Assembly: GCF_009914755.1 (NCBI RefSeq)
Contig: NC_060934.1
DNA from: the human T2T-CHM13v2.0 reference genome, Homo sapiens
DNA length: 64,000 nucleotides
Strand: one strand, 5' to 3'
The translations under genes were made by a program, and so were the position numbers. Shown piece by piece: positions 1 to 11,193 of the stretch (position 1 is its first letter; every line of letters begins with the position of its first letter). Below the pieces are notes generated by a model, which saw only the letters and a program-made list of their open reading frames with translations, searched no databases and was not told the DNA's origin.

Positions 1-1114
1 ATGCTCAGTATGCGGTCTTCACCAGGGTGTTGACGTAATAGACTCCAGGCACAGACCATGACTAGAAGAGAGACCATTGGAAGGAATGGAAGCAGATCCC
101 AGTTCTGCTCCCTTCCCTGGGTAAGGTCCCTGACGCTGGACCTGGGCAGGGCCAGGTGACCAAGTCAGAGGCCACAGTGGAGATCAGGATCGCACAGGTC
201 AATCTCATCCAGCCTCCTGCCTCCATTCAGACACTGCCATTTAAAGAGATGGCTGCTTAGGCCCAGCTCCTAAGATCCCGAGCTCCTCATAAGCCATGGC
301 TTTTTTCTTCTCTTCTCTCCCCTGCGGCCCCAACACAGGACTAGGCCCCAAGTATGCCGCTGCCTCTTACATACTGGTTGACCCTTTGGAATTGCTGCAG
401 AGGGAGGAAGAGAAACTTCAGGCCATCCAACAAATATATAATGAGCGCTGTTCTGGGGACTGCCAGAGATTGCAGCATGAGACCCCAGCCCTTATCCTCA
501 AGGCCACGCTGGGTCTCCAGGCATGAGAATTAAAGAAGCGCACTGCACAGGGCAGCTGCCTCGTGAGTTCTGAGCCCAGCACTCAAGGGCTCAGAGGAGC
601 CAGAGGTGGCAGAGCCTCCAGGCGAGAGATGCGGGTGGGCTTCCTATAGCAGGTGATACTGGACCTTCAGAAAGGGCAGTTCCCAGGCCGAGTGGGGAGC
701 CTTAGGCTTTCCTTTAACTCTGAGTGCAGAAGAGCAGAGGCAGGACTCAGGGGCTGTTAGCCCAGCGGAGCAGACAAAGCAATTGAAAGTCATCAGCCTG
801 TGTTCCCGCACGCACCATCGGCCACTCACTAAACTGCTTTTCGCCCAGACCCAGCTCTGCTGTGGGTCAAGATGCTGCCAGTGAGATAACAAGGGGACAA
901 GATGTGGGAATGATGAGATTTGGCAGCAGGCAGGAGGGGCGATGCTGCAGGTGGGGCAGGGGGCGTGAAGGGGGGTAGCCTTCCAGCCTGGAGGAAGAAA
1001 GAGGTAGGGGGATAAGCCTAAGCTCCCCCTGCCCCACATGGCTCGAAGAGAGAGAACTGCCCCGCCCCAACATCAGACCTTCTACCCCCTGCTGCAGCCC
1101 CTCCCAGTCCACTT

Positions 1115-1143
1115 CTCTCTCCCTCTCCCTCTCCCTCTCCCTC
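1115..1143. repeat. (CTCTCC)n simple repeat
   Basis: Direct reading. Confidence 0.8.
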
Positions 1144-1776
1144 CGACCACCTAGAAAACAGCAGAAGTCCTTTGCTTGACTCTGCGGCGCCCTCTAGCTG
1201 CCACTCAGCCTCTTGCCTTGTTTTTTACACCAAACTCTGGGCAGCAGCACCTCAGGACCTGTGCTCACTGTCCCCACATCCCTGCCCCACCGTCCCTCAG
1301 TATCTTAAAGTCTGACTCTGGGGACATCTGAAGACCCAGTCAGTGGCCTTTGCCAGACCTTCCTCTTCCTGAGCTCTCTGCTCTATCTGACCCTGCAGAC
1401 CGTCTCTTTCTCAAGACTGCCTCCTTCCCTGACTCTGGGCACCCGGCACTAGGCTGGTTTCCCATCTACCTCTCTGGCCATTGCTTCTCTGTCTCCTTCA
1501 CTACCTTCTAAATATTCCTGGTTATACTCGTCCAATTATACATGTGCCATAAACAGCAGCCTCGCCTGGTGCGCTTTTTCCCAGTGTCTGACGAACGTCA
1601 CCAGCCCCATTGTGCTGACAGCTCTTGTCTCTTGCCTTACCTTCCCCCACCAGTCCCCATGGTAGGCCACCTCCCCAGCTACCTGGAAGACATCGCAACA
1701 TGGACATTCTGCTGCTATGTAAAACTCTACCATGGAGGAATTTATCTAGAACTTTCCAGAATGTGTAAGGACTCCC

Positions 1777-1778
<2 letters not shown>

Positions 1779-1834
<56 letters not shown>

Positions 1835-1857
1835 CAGAGAGACGAGAGAGAGAGAGA
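1779..1857. repeat. Compound (GT)n(GA)n microsatellite occupying the tail position of the adjacent Alu
   Basis: Direct reading; lies inside the aggactccc target-site duplication of the Alu. Confidence 0.9.
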
Positions 1858-2133
1858 CGGAGTCTCACTCTATCACCCAGGCTGGAGTTCAGTGGCATGA
1901 TCTTGGCTCACTGCAACCTCCGTCTCCCAGGTTCAAACAATTCTCCTGCTCAGCCTCCCGAGTAGCTGGAATTATAGGCACCTGCCAGCATGCCTGGCTA
2001 ATTTTTATATTTTTAATAGAGATAAGGTTCACTGTGTTGGCCATGCTGGTCTTGAAATGCTGACCTCAAGTAATCTGTCCACCTCGGCCTCCCAATGTGC
2101 TGGGATTACAGGCATGAGCCACTGTGCCCAGCC
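1854..2133 (-). mobile_element. Alu SINE
   Basis: gagacggagtctcactc...gtgcccagcc antisense Alu consensus. Confidence 0.95.
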
Positions 2134-2309
2134 CTAGGACTCCCTCTTGAGGAAGAAGCCACTTTGTTGACACTCCACTCTATGAAGGATGATGATCTCT
2201 TATTTGCCTCATCCTATTTCCTTGCCCCATAGCACAGGGCCAGGTGCAGAATGTGCACAAATGTGTGGAAGGCGAATGCTTGCAGGGAGAGAAAAAGAAA
2301 TGTAAATCT

Positions 2310-2485
2310 AAGTCCAAGCTGGCCACTTGCTAGCCATGTGACCTTAGGCAAGTTATTGAGCATCTCTGAGCCTGCTTTCTCACACAGAAGATGGGATATC
2401 TTCTTATAAGGTGGTTGCAACGAATAGGTGATGTGATTGTGCAAACAGCTTAGCTCAGTGCCTGGTACATGGTAAGTGTTTGATA
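2310..2485. mobile_element. MIR SINE fragment
   Basis: gtgaccttaggcaagtt...tctctgagcct MIR core. Confidence 0.7.
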
Positions 2486-3349
2486 AGTAGTGGCTGCTAC
2501 TTTTTAATAAATAGGAGAATGAAGGCTGCAATCCCCACCCCCCCACCCCTGCCCAGCAGCCTTTCACACATGATTCATTCCTCCCAGCCTCTCTCTTGCA
2601 AATCTGAAAAGGTCTTGATTCCTGGAGCTCCTAGAGGAGGTGGCTGCCCCCAGGAAAACCAGCAGGGCCAGTAATGACCTGCTTTTTTCTTTTGTGATCA
2701 ATTTGAATCACCAGTTCCCAGAATCCTTACGGTGGTAAAAGTGCAGCCACCACCCCACCCCAAAACCCCTCCCCTACCAGATACTCCCTGACCCTGGAAC
2801 TCAGGACAGCACCTGTCCACCCAGGGGAAGCAGCTGCCCTTCTGCTCAGCAGAAGTGGGGCTGAACAGATGAAAGGCTTCCCTGGTGAGCGCCCCCAGCC
2901 CCCCAGCCCCCCAGCCCCCCATGGGAATTGGATGAAGAATGTCTGGGAGACCAGAAGGCCGACATGGAGGTATCAGTTTCCAGGAGAGCAGAGAAACTTG
3001 CATGTGTGGCTGCCAAGCCCACAGCGCCTGTGGAGGGGAGGACGTGGAAGTGAGGGAAGAAGTGAAGGGAGCGAGGCAGGGATGTGGAGTTCCCCTCCGC
3101 ACCCACCATCCTGAATGAGGGGGGAGCAGAGGTCAGAGCTCTGGGTTCAGGGCCCTGTGTGTGGGCCTGAGGGTTTTGTTCTCAGCCTCAGTTCAGGGCA
3201 GCCTGTAAACACTAGCTCTCTGTGGCGAGGCTCTCCTGGCAAAAGTGTGGGGTTGGCTCAGTGTCACTGCTGGGAAAACAGCTGTAGGCACAGGCTGCTG
3301 GGGTGGTGGGGAGAGACCATGGTGGTACCATCTTGGTAAAGCACAGGCA

Positions 3350-3570
3350 GCCAACATTTGTTGGGAGTTTCCTGTGTCCCCAGCACTATATTAACTTATT
3401 TAATCCTTAAAGTGACAGCCTGGGGTGGGTTCTATTATTGCCCCCCTTTTACAGACCAAGCAACTGAGGCCCACATATAAGTCACTTGATCAAGTTCACA
3501 CAGCCAGTAAGTAGCAGACCCATGATTTGAACCCGTGCTGTCTGCCTCCAGAGGGTGTAATCTTAACCAT
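3350..3570. mobile_element. MIR SINE fragment
   Basis: tttacaga...aactgaggc...cacacagccagtaag core. Confidence 0.65.
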
Positions 3571-4067
3571 TTCTTTTCCGAATTGCTTTTCTTCAGGGGC
3601 CTTAGCTCAGCGAGTACTTACACTTTCAATTGTGTGGTTTTATCATGAATGTCTGTCTTCACAGACAATTCATATGAGACTGAAGGCATCAACCTTGCCT
3701 GCTTTTCTTTACCGATTCTCCAACACCTTGCGCATAGTAGGTGCTCAATATGAACTTGAAGGAATGAGTGAATTAAAAAAACCAATGAATCTTTGAATGA
3801 GACGTGCCCTTGGCCTTTCCAGCTTTGGAGGCAGGGCTCATCTCCTGCCCCTACCCAAGCCTAGCAGCATCCCAGAGAGTACCAGTGTTGCTATGGTGAC
3901 AGTAAGAACATCTTACCGAGCATCTCACTGAGTCAGTCCTCTCTCAGGTGGCCTTGTCGGCTCCCTAGGTATAGCTCTTTCTGGCTGTTGGTCTGGGGAG
4001 TTAATCACTCGTGCTTGGCAGGAGGTGGGAAGGTGTACTCCATGCAAACAGATGTGTGAAAAAGAAG

Positions 4068-4069
4068 TG

Positions 4070-4100
<31 letters not shown>

Positions 4101-4103
4101 GTG
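4068..4103. repeat. (TG)n microsatellite
   Basis: Direct reading. Confidence 0.9.
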
Positions 4104-4700
4104 TCTTGAGTTTGGTTGAATGTGGACTGTGTGGGGGGTACTTGCCTGCAGGTTTGTTGGAGAAGGTTGCCTAGGTCGGGGCATGGGGTGTCTTATGTGC
4201 TGGGGACAGATGCCGGGTTTGGAGTGGGCAGTGTGTACGTGAACGGGGCATAGGAGCTGAGTGAAGAAATACAAGTGAGTGTTCCAGGGTTGAAAACCCT
4301 GTTTTTCAAACCAAAAATGAAAGCACGTCATTCAACAAGGGGCTTCAGGTTTGTGAATGATTTATAAGAAAAATCTCACAAAGATAAAAATTGAATCACA
4401 TTTAGCTAAACATTTGATAGGCTCCTTTATTTAAAAAAGTAAATTTATATGAAAATCTGGAATGCTGGGATGCTGTCTGTGGGGGGGCTGGGGAGGGGAC
4501 CCCTGCCTGTGAGTGTGTTGGGGCAGGAGTGGGAGGCCGGAGGCTCTGAGGTCTTGCCTCAGGGCAGCCCTTCAGCTGAGCCTTAGGGGCTCAGAGGACC
4601 TCAGCCCCTACAGGGCCCTGCACTGCCTCTGCTTCACCCAGCCTCAGCACTGATCACCCTGTACGTTGAGTGCTGTGGCCCCCATTAAAATGTATCGCCA

Positions 4701-4989
4701 TTTGTTTTTGAGACAGTCTTGCTCTGTCGCCCAGGCTGGAGTGCAGTGGTGTGATCTCGGCTCACTGCAACCTCCGCCTCCCAGCTTCAAGCGATTCTCA
4801 TGCCTCAGCCTCCTGAGTAGCTGGAATTACAGGCATGCGCCACCACACCCAGCTGTTTTTTGTATTTTTAGTAGAGATGGGGTTTTGCCATGTTGGCCAG
4901 GCTGGTCTTGAACTCCTGACTTCAAGTGATCTGCCCATCTCCGCCTCCCAAAGTGCTGGGATTACAGGCATGAGCCACCGCGCCCAGCC
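4701..4989 (-). mobile_element. Alu SINE
   Basis: Antisense Alu consensus, both arms. Confidence 0.95.
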
Positions 4990-5739
4990 TGTATGCTCAT
5001 TAGAGAAGCACAATAACTGTTTGTTGAATGAATGAACAGATGAAAACACACATCTCGTTTCTCTAGCAGCAAAATTCCCAGCTAAAGAAACTCCCTTCTA
5101 TCATACATTTATATGCCTCCTTGCAATCCTGTCCCCCCAACTCCCCACTATGCAAACGCAGCCATACAAAACCCAGCAGGAAGTGACCTAGGAGTCTCCA
5201 TGGCTGGGAAAGGAAGCCTTAGGCAAGGGGATAGCTACAGTGACACCCCCTCCTGGGCTGGCCCCATGTTAGAGATTCCGAAGGCATAGACTGATAGACT
5301 GAGTTCTAAACAGGCCCCACTGTCTGCAGCTTCTGCCTGGCCTTGCCCAGCCCATACAGTGGACTGGGAGGACAGGTGAGAGTGGCCACTAGCCACTAAC
5401 TTGGGTAGAAGTAAGCTGCCTTGCTGACCAGCACAGGCAGGTGACTCAGCATGGGTTGGCTGAGAATAGCTTCTGTCCCAAAGTCTAAAGTTAGAAGAGG
5501 AAATTGCCCCACCCTTGACTTTTTCCCTAGTTAATCCAAGAGAGGCTATGAGCCTCTGCTACATGCAGATCCCTTTAGAGTTGGGGAAGGGGAAGACCTG
5601 GGAGCTACAGCCACTTCCACGGTGATTCTGGTGTTCACCTGCGTGTGTTGAAGGCTTGGGTATTAATTCTCTAACGTGGAATCGGTGTCCATCCATCCTC
5701 TTCCTCAGTCCTGCCCATTCTCCAGGAACCACCTCAAAC

Positions 5740-5935
5740 AATAACGACAACACTACTGAGTCCTTATTTTGTGCCGGGGATGGTCCCAAAGTAATATATC
5801 TATACTTTCACACTTATTTAATTCTCATAACCCTGTGGGGCAGATGCCATTATTATCTGTATTTTACAAGTGAGGAACCAGAGCACAGAGGGTTTAGGTA
5901 AGTTGCCCAAGGTCACACAGCCAGTCAGTGGTCCA
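5740..5935. mobile_element. MIR SINE fragment
   Basis: gaggaacc-gagcacagag...ttgcccaaggtcacacagc core. Confidence 0.65.
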
Positions 5936-6874
5936 GGGAATTAATGACCCCTCCTCTATGGAGCTTTCCTTCTTTGAGCTTTCCCATCTGTAAACAGCCC
6001 CTCCCTGCTGTGAACTCAGAGATGCCGATTCTGGTGGGTACCAGAGATCACTTACCAGGCTGCAAAGTGCTTTGGTGTCAGAATTCCTGGCACGCTGACA
6101 TCTGCATGCCCAACAATGCCCAGCTCAGGGCCTGCTATAGGAAAGCCTACCCCAGAGATTGCTGGGTGGGTGAATGAATGGGAGTGAGTGAGTATGTGAA
6201 TGAACCAACAAACTGGTTTGTGAAGAAGACAGCAGAGTGGAATTGGGATTTTCCCAGGTGAATTCACATGTGGGAAGGGCATATAGGCAAGGTGGGGGCC
6301 CATGCAGGACTGGCCCAGGTGAGGAACATGCCTGCCACTGTGTGCCCAGCGTTGGCCAGGTACCTTAAGGGACAGTCATGAAAGGTCTCCATCTTCAGAG
6401 GGCTGGGAAGGGAGATCCAATGAACACCCAATAATCAACTGGGGAACAGTTAGTTACAAAACAGTGGCTACTGCCTGTGGGGACCAGAAAGGGCCAGCTA
6501 GAGAAGTCAGGACTGCCTTTCTGGAGGAGGAGAAGAGGCTGGCACTGAGCTGGGCAGAGGATGAGGACAAGAGAGAATGACAGACACTAAAAGATGAGGA
6601 GGCAGGAAAGAGCATAGTGATCTGGAGAAACCCAAGGACGCCAGTGTGAGTTTCTGTGGAGAGAAAGCAGAAATTGAAGGTGGCAGAGGGAGAGGGGTGG
6701 GTTTACAGAGACATCGGTTTGAGGCAAGTGTGGCTCATAGATAATTTTTGCCAGTACTTTAATACATATCTTAAATTTTAATAAGTACTTAACATAGTAC
6801 TTTTTTAAAATTATGTCTTTAATTTACATTTTTTGTAAAAGGAAACTTTACATCACGGTCATAAATAAAAAATT

Positions 6875-6913
6875 AGAATAGAATATACTAGACTAGACTA
6901 GACTAGAATAGAA
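6875..6913. repeat. (TAGAA/TAGAC)n pentamer repeat in an AT-rich, probably DNA-transposon-derived segment
   Basis: Direct reading. Confidence 0.7.
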
Positions 6914-7344
6914 TGTCACCATAAAAATAAGCACAAGAGAAACAAAACCAGGTTATTGCATCCTGGCTGGCGTCCACTCCCTTTGGAAGGCTCTGAGCCT
7001 GAAGCCTGCTCTCTCTTTGTTAAAAAAGAAATCAAGCGAGTCTAGAGAAGTGTTAAAGCATAGTAGCACCAAACCAAGACTTTCTCCCTGGCTGGGTCAC
7101 AGAGACCAGAAGGAGATTGGAAAGGCCATGCTGTTCTCCTTCTGGGACCCGTTGCTGTCTGCCGGCTGCTCCATGGACTCCAGGGCTCTTTCTATTACTC
7201 TTGAACCAGCATTCATTTCAAGTAACTGATGAGTCTTTAATGCCCAGAGAGGAGCCCTGGCCCCAGCTCCATGCCCCCCTGCCCCCAGCTCCATGCCCCC
7301 CTGCCCTGTGCCTGGTCACACCTGAATGCTTCTCTCTCTTGCAG

Positions 7345-7457
7345 GGAATACCAACAGCATCTTTGCCCTGGACTACATCAGCGGAGTGCTGACCTTGAAT
7401 GGCCTGCTGGACCGGGAGAACCCCCTGTACAGCCATGGCTTCATCCTGACTGTGAAG
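7345..7457 (+). CDS. CDH23: CDH23 coding exon (approx. exon 10), EC3: (G)NTNSIFALDYISGVLTLNGLLDRENPLYSHGFILTVK
   Basis: Acceptor tctctctcttgcag| and donor AAG|gtgaga; 113 nt, phase 1 to phase 0; cadherin LDRE motif. Confidence 0.96.
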
Positions 7458-8809
7458 GTGAGACCTGGGTGGGCACCTTCACCCCAGGTAGAGGAGATGC
7501 CCCTACTCGGATGCCAACCTCCAGCAGTGTCCGAGGGCTCCTGCCCCCGGTGGTGGCGCCGGAAGCACTTCGCTTCCGTGCTCTCACCCTGCACTGCCTC
7601 CCGGGGCTGTGCCCAGGGCCCCATCAGGAAGGCACCCACGTTATGAAGTTGTAGGTGTGCTGGGCCTGCCGCATCCATCATCAACAACCACACGGGTTGG
7701 AACTTTTATCCCCTCTCAGCGGGAGGCACACAGTAGGTGCTCATCCTGTGGTCCTTCCTTACTGTTGTCCCAGGATTCCAAGTTCTCTGTTGCAGCCACC
7801 TGGAATTCTGGAATTTGCCCCATTTCTGGGGTTCTGTCCCACTTCCAAGTGCCATGACTTCCTGTTAAGAAACAGCAATGCAGCAGGGAGCAATGCAACA
7901 GCAATGTGCTGGGGTCTCCACCCCAGGATGTGAGGCAGAGCTACAGTCCCGCACCCGCTGCAGCCGCCTGCCACTCACGGTCGGTTTCAATTCAAATCAG
8001 TGACTTGCAGAGCCATTCCCTGAGAAACCCGTTTAGGGGTATGGATCCTGTCTGAGCCACGGGGGGTCTTCCCAGCCCAGGCCATCAGCCGTTGATTGAG
8101 AGAAACGGGTGGCCCAAAGACTGAGGCCAGGGGCTCTGGGAAGGAGGCCCTTCCAGCGCCATGGGGAGGATGGTGCAGCCCAGCCTGGCCCTTAATTGCT
8201 GTCCTTGACCTTGGGAGGCCCTGCTGTTCAGGTGTGGGTTAGCCATGGGAGGGCGTGCTCCCACCACCATCCTTCCCTCCTGTCTGCTCTCCTGCCATGG
8301 AAGTGAGGTGGTCAGCTCTACCAGAGAGAGCTGCCCCCTGGTCCCAGCACCCCACTGCGGGACTTGAACTCAGTTTTTCTGTCTTTATATAAAATGTGAG
8401 GGTGTGTTCTCACACTTGGCTGTGAACCCGAATCCCCTGGAAAGCTATTGAAAGGTATCTGTTCCTGTGTCTCTCACCCAGAGAGATTCAGATTCAGAAG
8501 GCTGACTCAGAACTGGGAATGGGCACTTTTGGGCCCATGGCTCTGGCCCAGAGACTGGACACCCAGGTATCTGAATCAGTCCATCTGTGCTGACCCTCAG
8601 AGTCGAGCACAGGGTTCAGCCCATAGCAGATGCTCAGTTAAGTCTTGATTAACCACCAGCACAAACATTCTTGGCCTCAGTTTCACAATCTGCCAAAGAG
8701 AATGAAGACTTCCCTCTTGTCCCTCGATGAACCCCCAGATCTGTCTTGTCCTCCCTACCCCATCTCATCCATCTGCTGTCAGTCCTAGGATCCTACTACC
8801 TGAGCTTAA

Positions 8810-9005
8810 AATCTACCCTGGCTGTGAATCCTTATACAAGTTACTTAGTCTCTCTGAACCTCAGTTTCCTTATCACTAAAATGGGGATACTAATGATAAA
8901 ATCCTCCTCCTGGAGTTGTGGTGAGGATTAGATGGGATCATTCACATTGAGGCACAGTGGCTGGTGCTGAGAAAGTCTTTGGTAAGCAAGAGCTGTTGCT
9001 GTGAT
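8810..9005. mobile_element. MIR SINE fragment just upstream of the 9046 exon
   Basis: ctctgaacctcagtttcctt...aaaatgggg...gttgtggtgaggatta. Confidence 0.7.
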
Positions 9006-9045
9006 TAGCTGCCTTCACTCCGGGGTGACTGATCTCTGTCCATAG

Positions 9046-9234
9046 GGCACGGAGCTGAACGATGACCGCACCCCATCTGACGCTACAGTCACCACGACCT
9101 TCAATATCCTGGTTATTGACATCAATGACAATGCCCCGGAGTTCAACAGCTCCGAGTACAGCGTGGCCATCACTGAGCTGGCACAGGTCGGCTTTGCCCT
9201 TCCACTCTTCATCCAGGTGGTGGACAAGGATGAG
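9046..9234 (+). CDS. CDH23: CDH23 coding exon (approx. exon 11), end of EC3 / start of EC4: GTELNDDRTPSDATVTTTFNILVIDINDNAPEFNSSEYSVAITELAQVGFALPLFIQVVDKDE
   Basis: Acceptor tctctgtccatag| and donor GAG|gtgagt; 189 nt, phase 0-0; DxNDNxPxF and DxD Ca2+ motifs. Missed by the ORF track because it has no start codon. Confidence 0.96.
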
Positions 9235-9321
9235 GTGAGTCCCTGGACACATGGCCCATGCAGACCCACCACCCATCCAGACCCACCACCCTGCCTGGGC
9301 TGTTCAGGTCCTCAGCTATAA
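9235..9321 (+). CDS. CDH23: Donor read-through extension VSPWTHGPCRPTTHPDPPPCLGCSGPQL* (candidate C-terminus of a short CDH23 isoform)
   Basis: 28 in-frame codons to TAA at 9319-9321. The length fits my recollection of a ~406-aa annotated isoform (not verified). Confidence 0.55.
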   Translation: MSPWTHGPCRPTTHPDPPPCLGCSGPQL

Positions 9322-9559
9322 AATAGAAACAAACATTGCGGCACCCCACTCCTGGTAGGTTCTGAGGATAAATAAGGCTGAAAAAAAAATCACTAGTCTC
9401 TACTTTTGGATTACCCCCTACACCCTGCAAAAAACATGTAAGCACATGTTTCCATATGTGTGGTTATTATTTAGAAGTTACATACATGATCATCATACTA
9501 ATCTAGTAGGGATATTGTAAAGCATGTACAAAAATAGCAATTTTAAAAGGTAGAAATAA

Positions 9560-9871
<312 letters not shown>

Positions 9872-10896
9872 TCACACACCCTGATGGATCATCTGCTGCC
9901 CTCTTTGGGATGCCTGTACCCGTTTTTGCTCCTGTTCAAATAATGACCTTAGCAGAAAGTCTAATTCCTGTTTTTGGTGTAATAATGACCCCAGCTTTTC
10001 CACGTGAAGAGTGAAAGGACCTAAGTGCTTTGGAGGGGATCCCGGGCCATAAGAAGACCCCTGCATCACCAGGGGGTCTACCCTGGCTGGGCCCAGCCTT
10101 AAAAGGAAGTAAGGGAGAGCTGCAGAGGAGGAGGCAGGAGGCTCAGGGTGGGGGCAGCCCCCTGCACTGGTCCTGACACACCCTGCATCACAGGGGCGGG
10201 CGTAGGGGGGCAGGGCGGCGAGGCCTCTATTCGGTGGGGCCAGGTCTCCATCCCTTCAGGACGCTCTCAGCCTGCCTCCTCCCCTGCCCTCACCCCTCCT
10301 TGCACCCCATCTCCCTGCCTGTCAGCAGCTGCCATGCTAATAGGACTTCTATTTATTGCTGCTGCTCCTCCTGGCCCACTCTGCTCTGGAATTCCATTAG
10401 GTTTTCCAGCCTGAGGTGCTTCTCTTCGATTACTCCTTGCGTGGGGCTGCCGCGGTGGCCTTGCTCCAGGCTGGGCTTCCTCCACCGTCCTCGGAAGAGC
10501 CCTCTCTACTCTGGCTGCTTAGCCAGTGACCCACCCTGTTGACCCAGGAGCCCCTCTGCCCACGTCTCTTGCCCCCCTCTGGCAGCTCCTCTCAACCAGA
10601 CATGGTCCCCCCAAGGACTCAGGGCACGTGGGCAAGTCAGTCCCACCATGTGCCTGTGTGTGTGCTCAAGTGTGTGTGCACACGTGTGTGTGTGTGTGTA
10701 CATGTGTGTCTCCATCTCCTGCTAAGTAAGGCATTCCATACCTATCTGTCTGAGATAACTAAAGTAAGTATTGATCACCTGCTGTTTACAAGGAGCTATA
10801 TTTAGCCTCTTGGGGAGCCAAGTATAACCCATGGTCCTAGGAGTCAACAGTGTGTTGATACAAATACAGTACGTACATTTTAAAACATATTTTTAA

Positions 10897-11193
10897 GCCG
10901 GGCACAGTGGCTCACACCTGTAGTCCCAACACTTTGGGAGGCCGAGGCAGGTGGATCACTTGAAGCCAGGAGTTCGAGACCAGCCTGGGCAACACGGTGA
11001 AACCCCATCTCTACTAAAAATACAAAAATTAGCCAGGCATGATGGTGTGCACCTGTAAGCCCAGCTACTCAGGAAGGTGAGGCATAAGAATTGCTTGAAC
11101 CTGGGAGGCGGAGGGTGCAGTGAGCAGAGATTGCACCACTGCACTCCACCCTAGGTGACCCTGTCTCAAAAAAAAAAAAACCCCAAAAAACAA
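10897..11193 (+). mobile_element. Alu SINE
   Basis: gccgggcacagtggctcac...poly(A). Confidence 0.95.

Noticed and set aside
5893-5903. AG|GTAAGT resembling a recursive splice site
   Set aside because: Lies inside a MIR core with no polypyrimidine tract.
7458-7646. In-frame read-through after the 7345 exon (VRPGWAP...)
   Set aside because: No nearby polyA signal; an open frame is expected by chance in GC-rich DNA.
8938-9276. Antisense ORFs over the CDH23 exons (also 37492-37827 and 38127-38567)
   Set aside because: Shadow ORFs typical of the reverse strand of GC3-rich coding exons.
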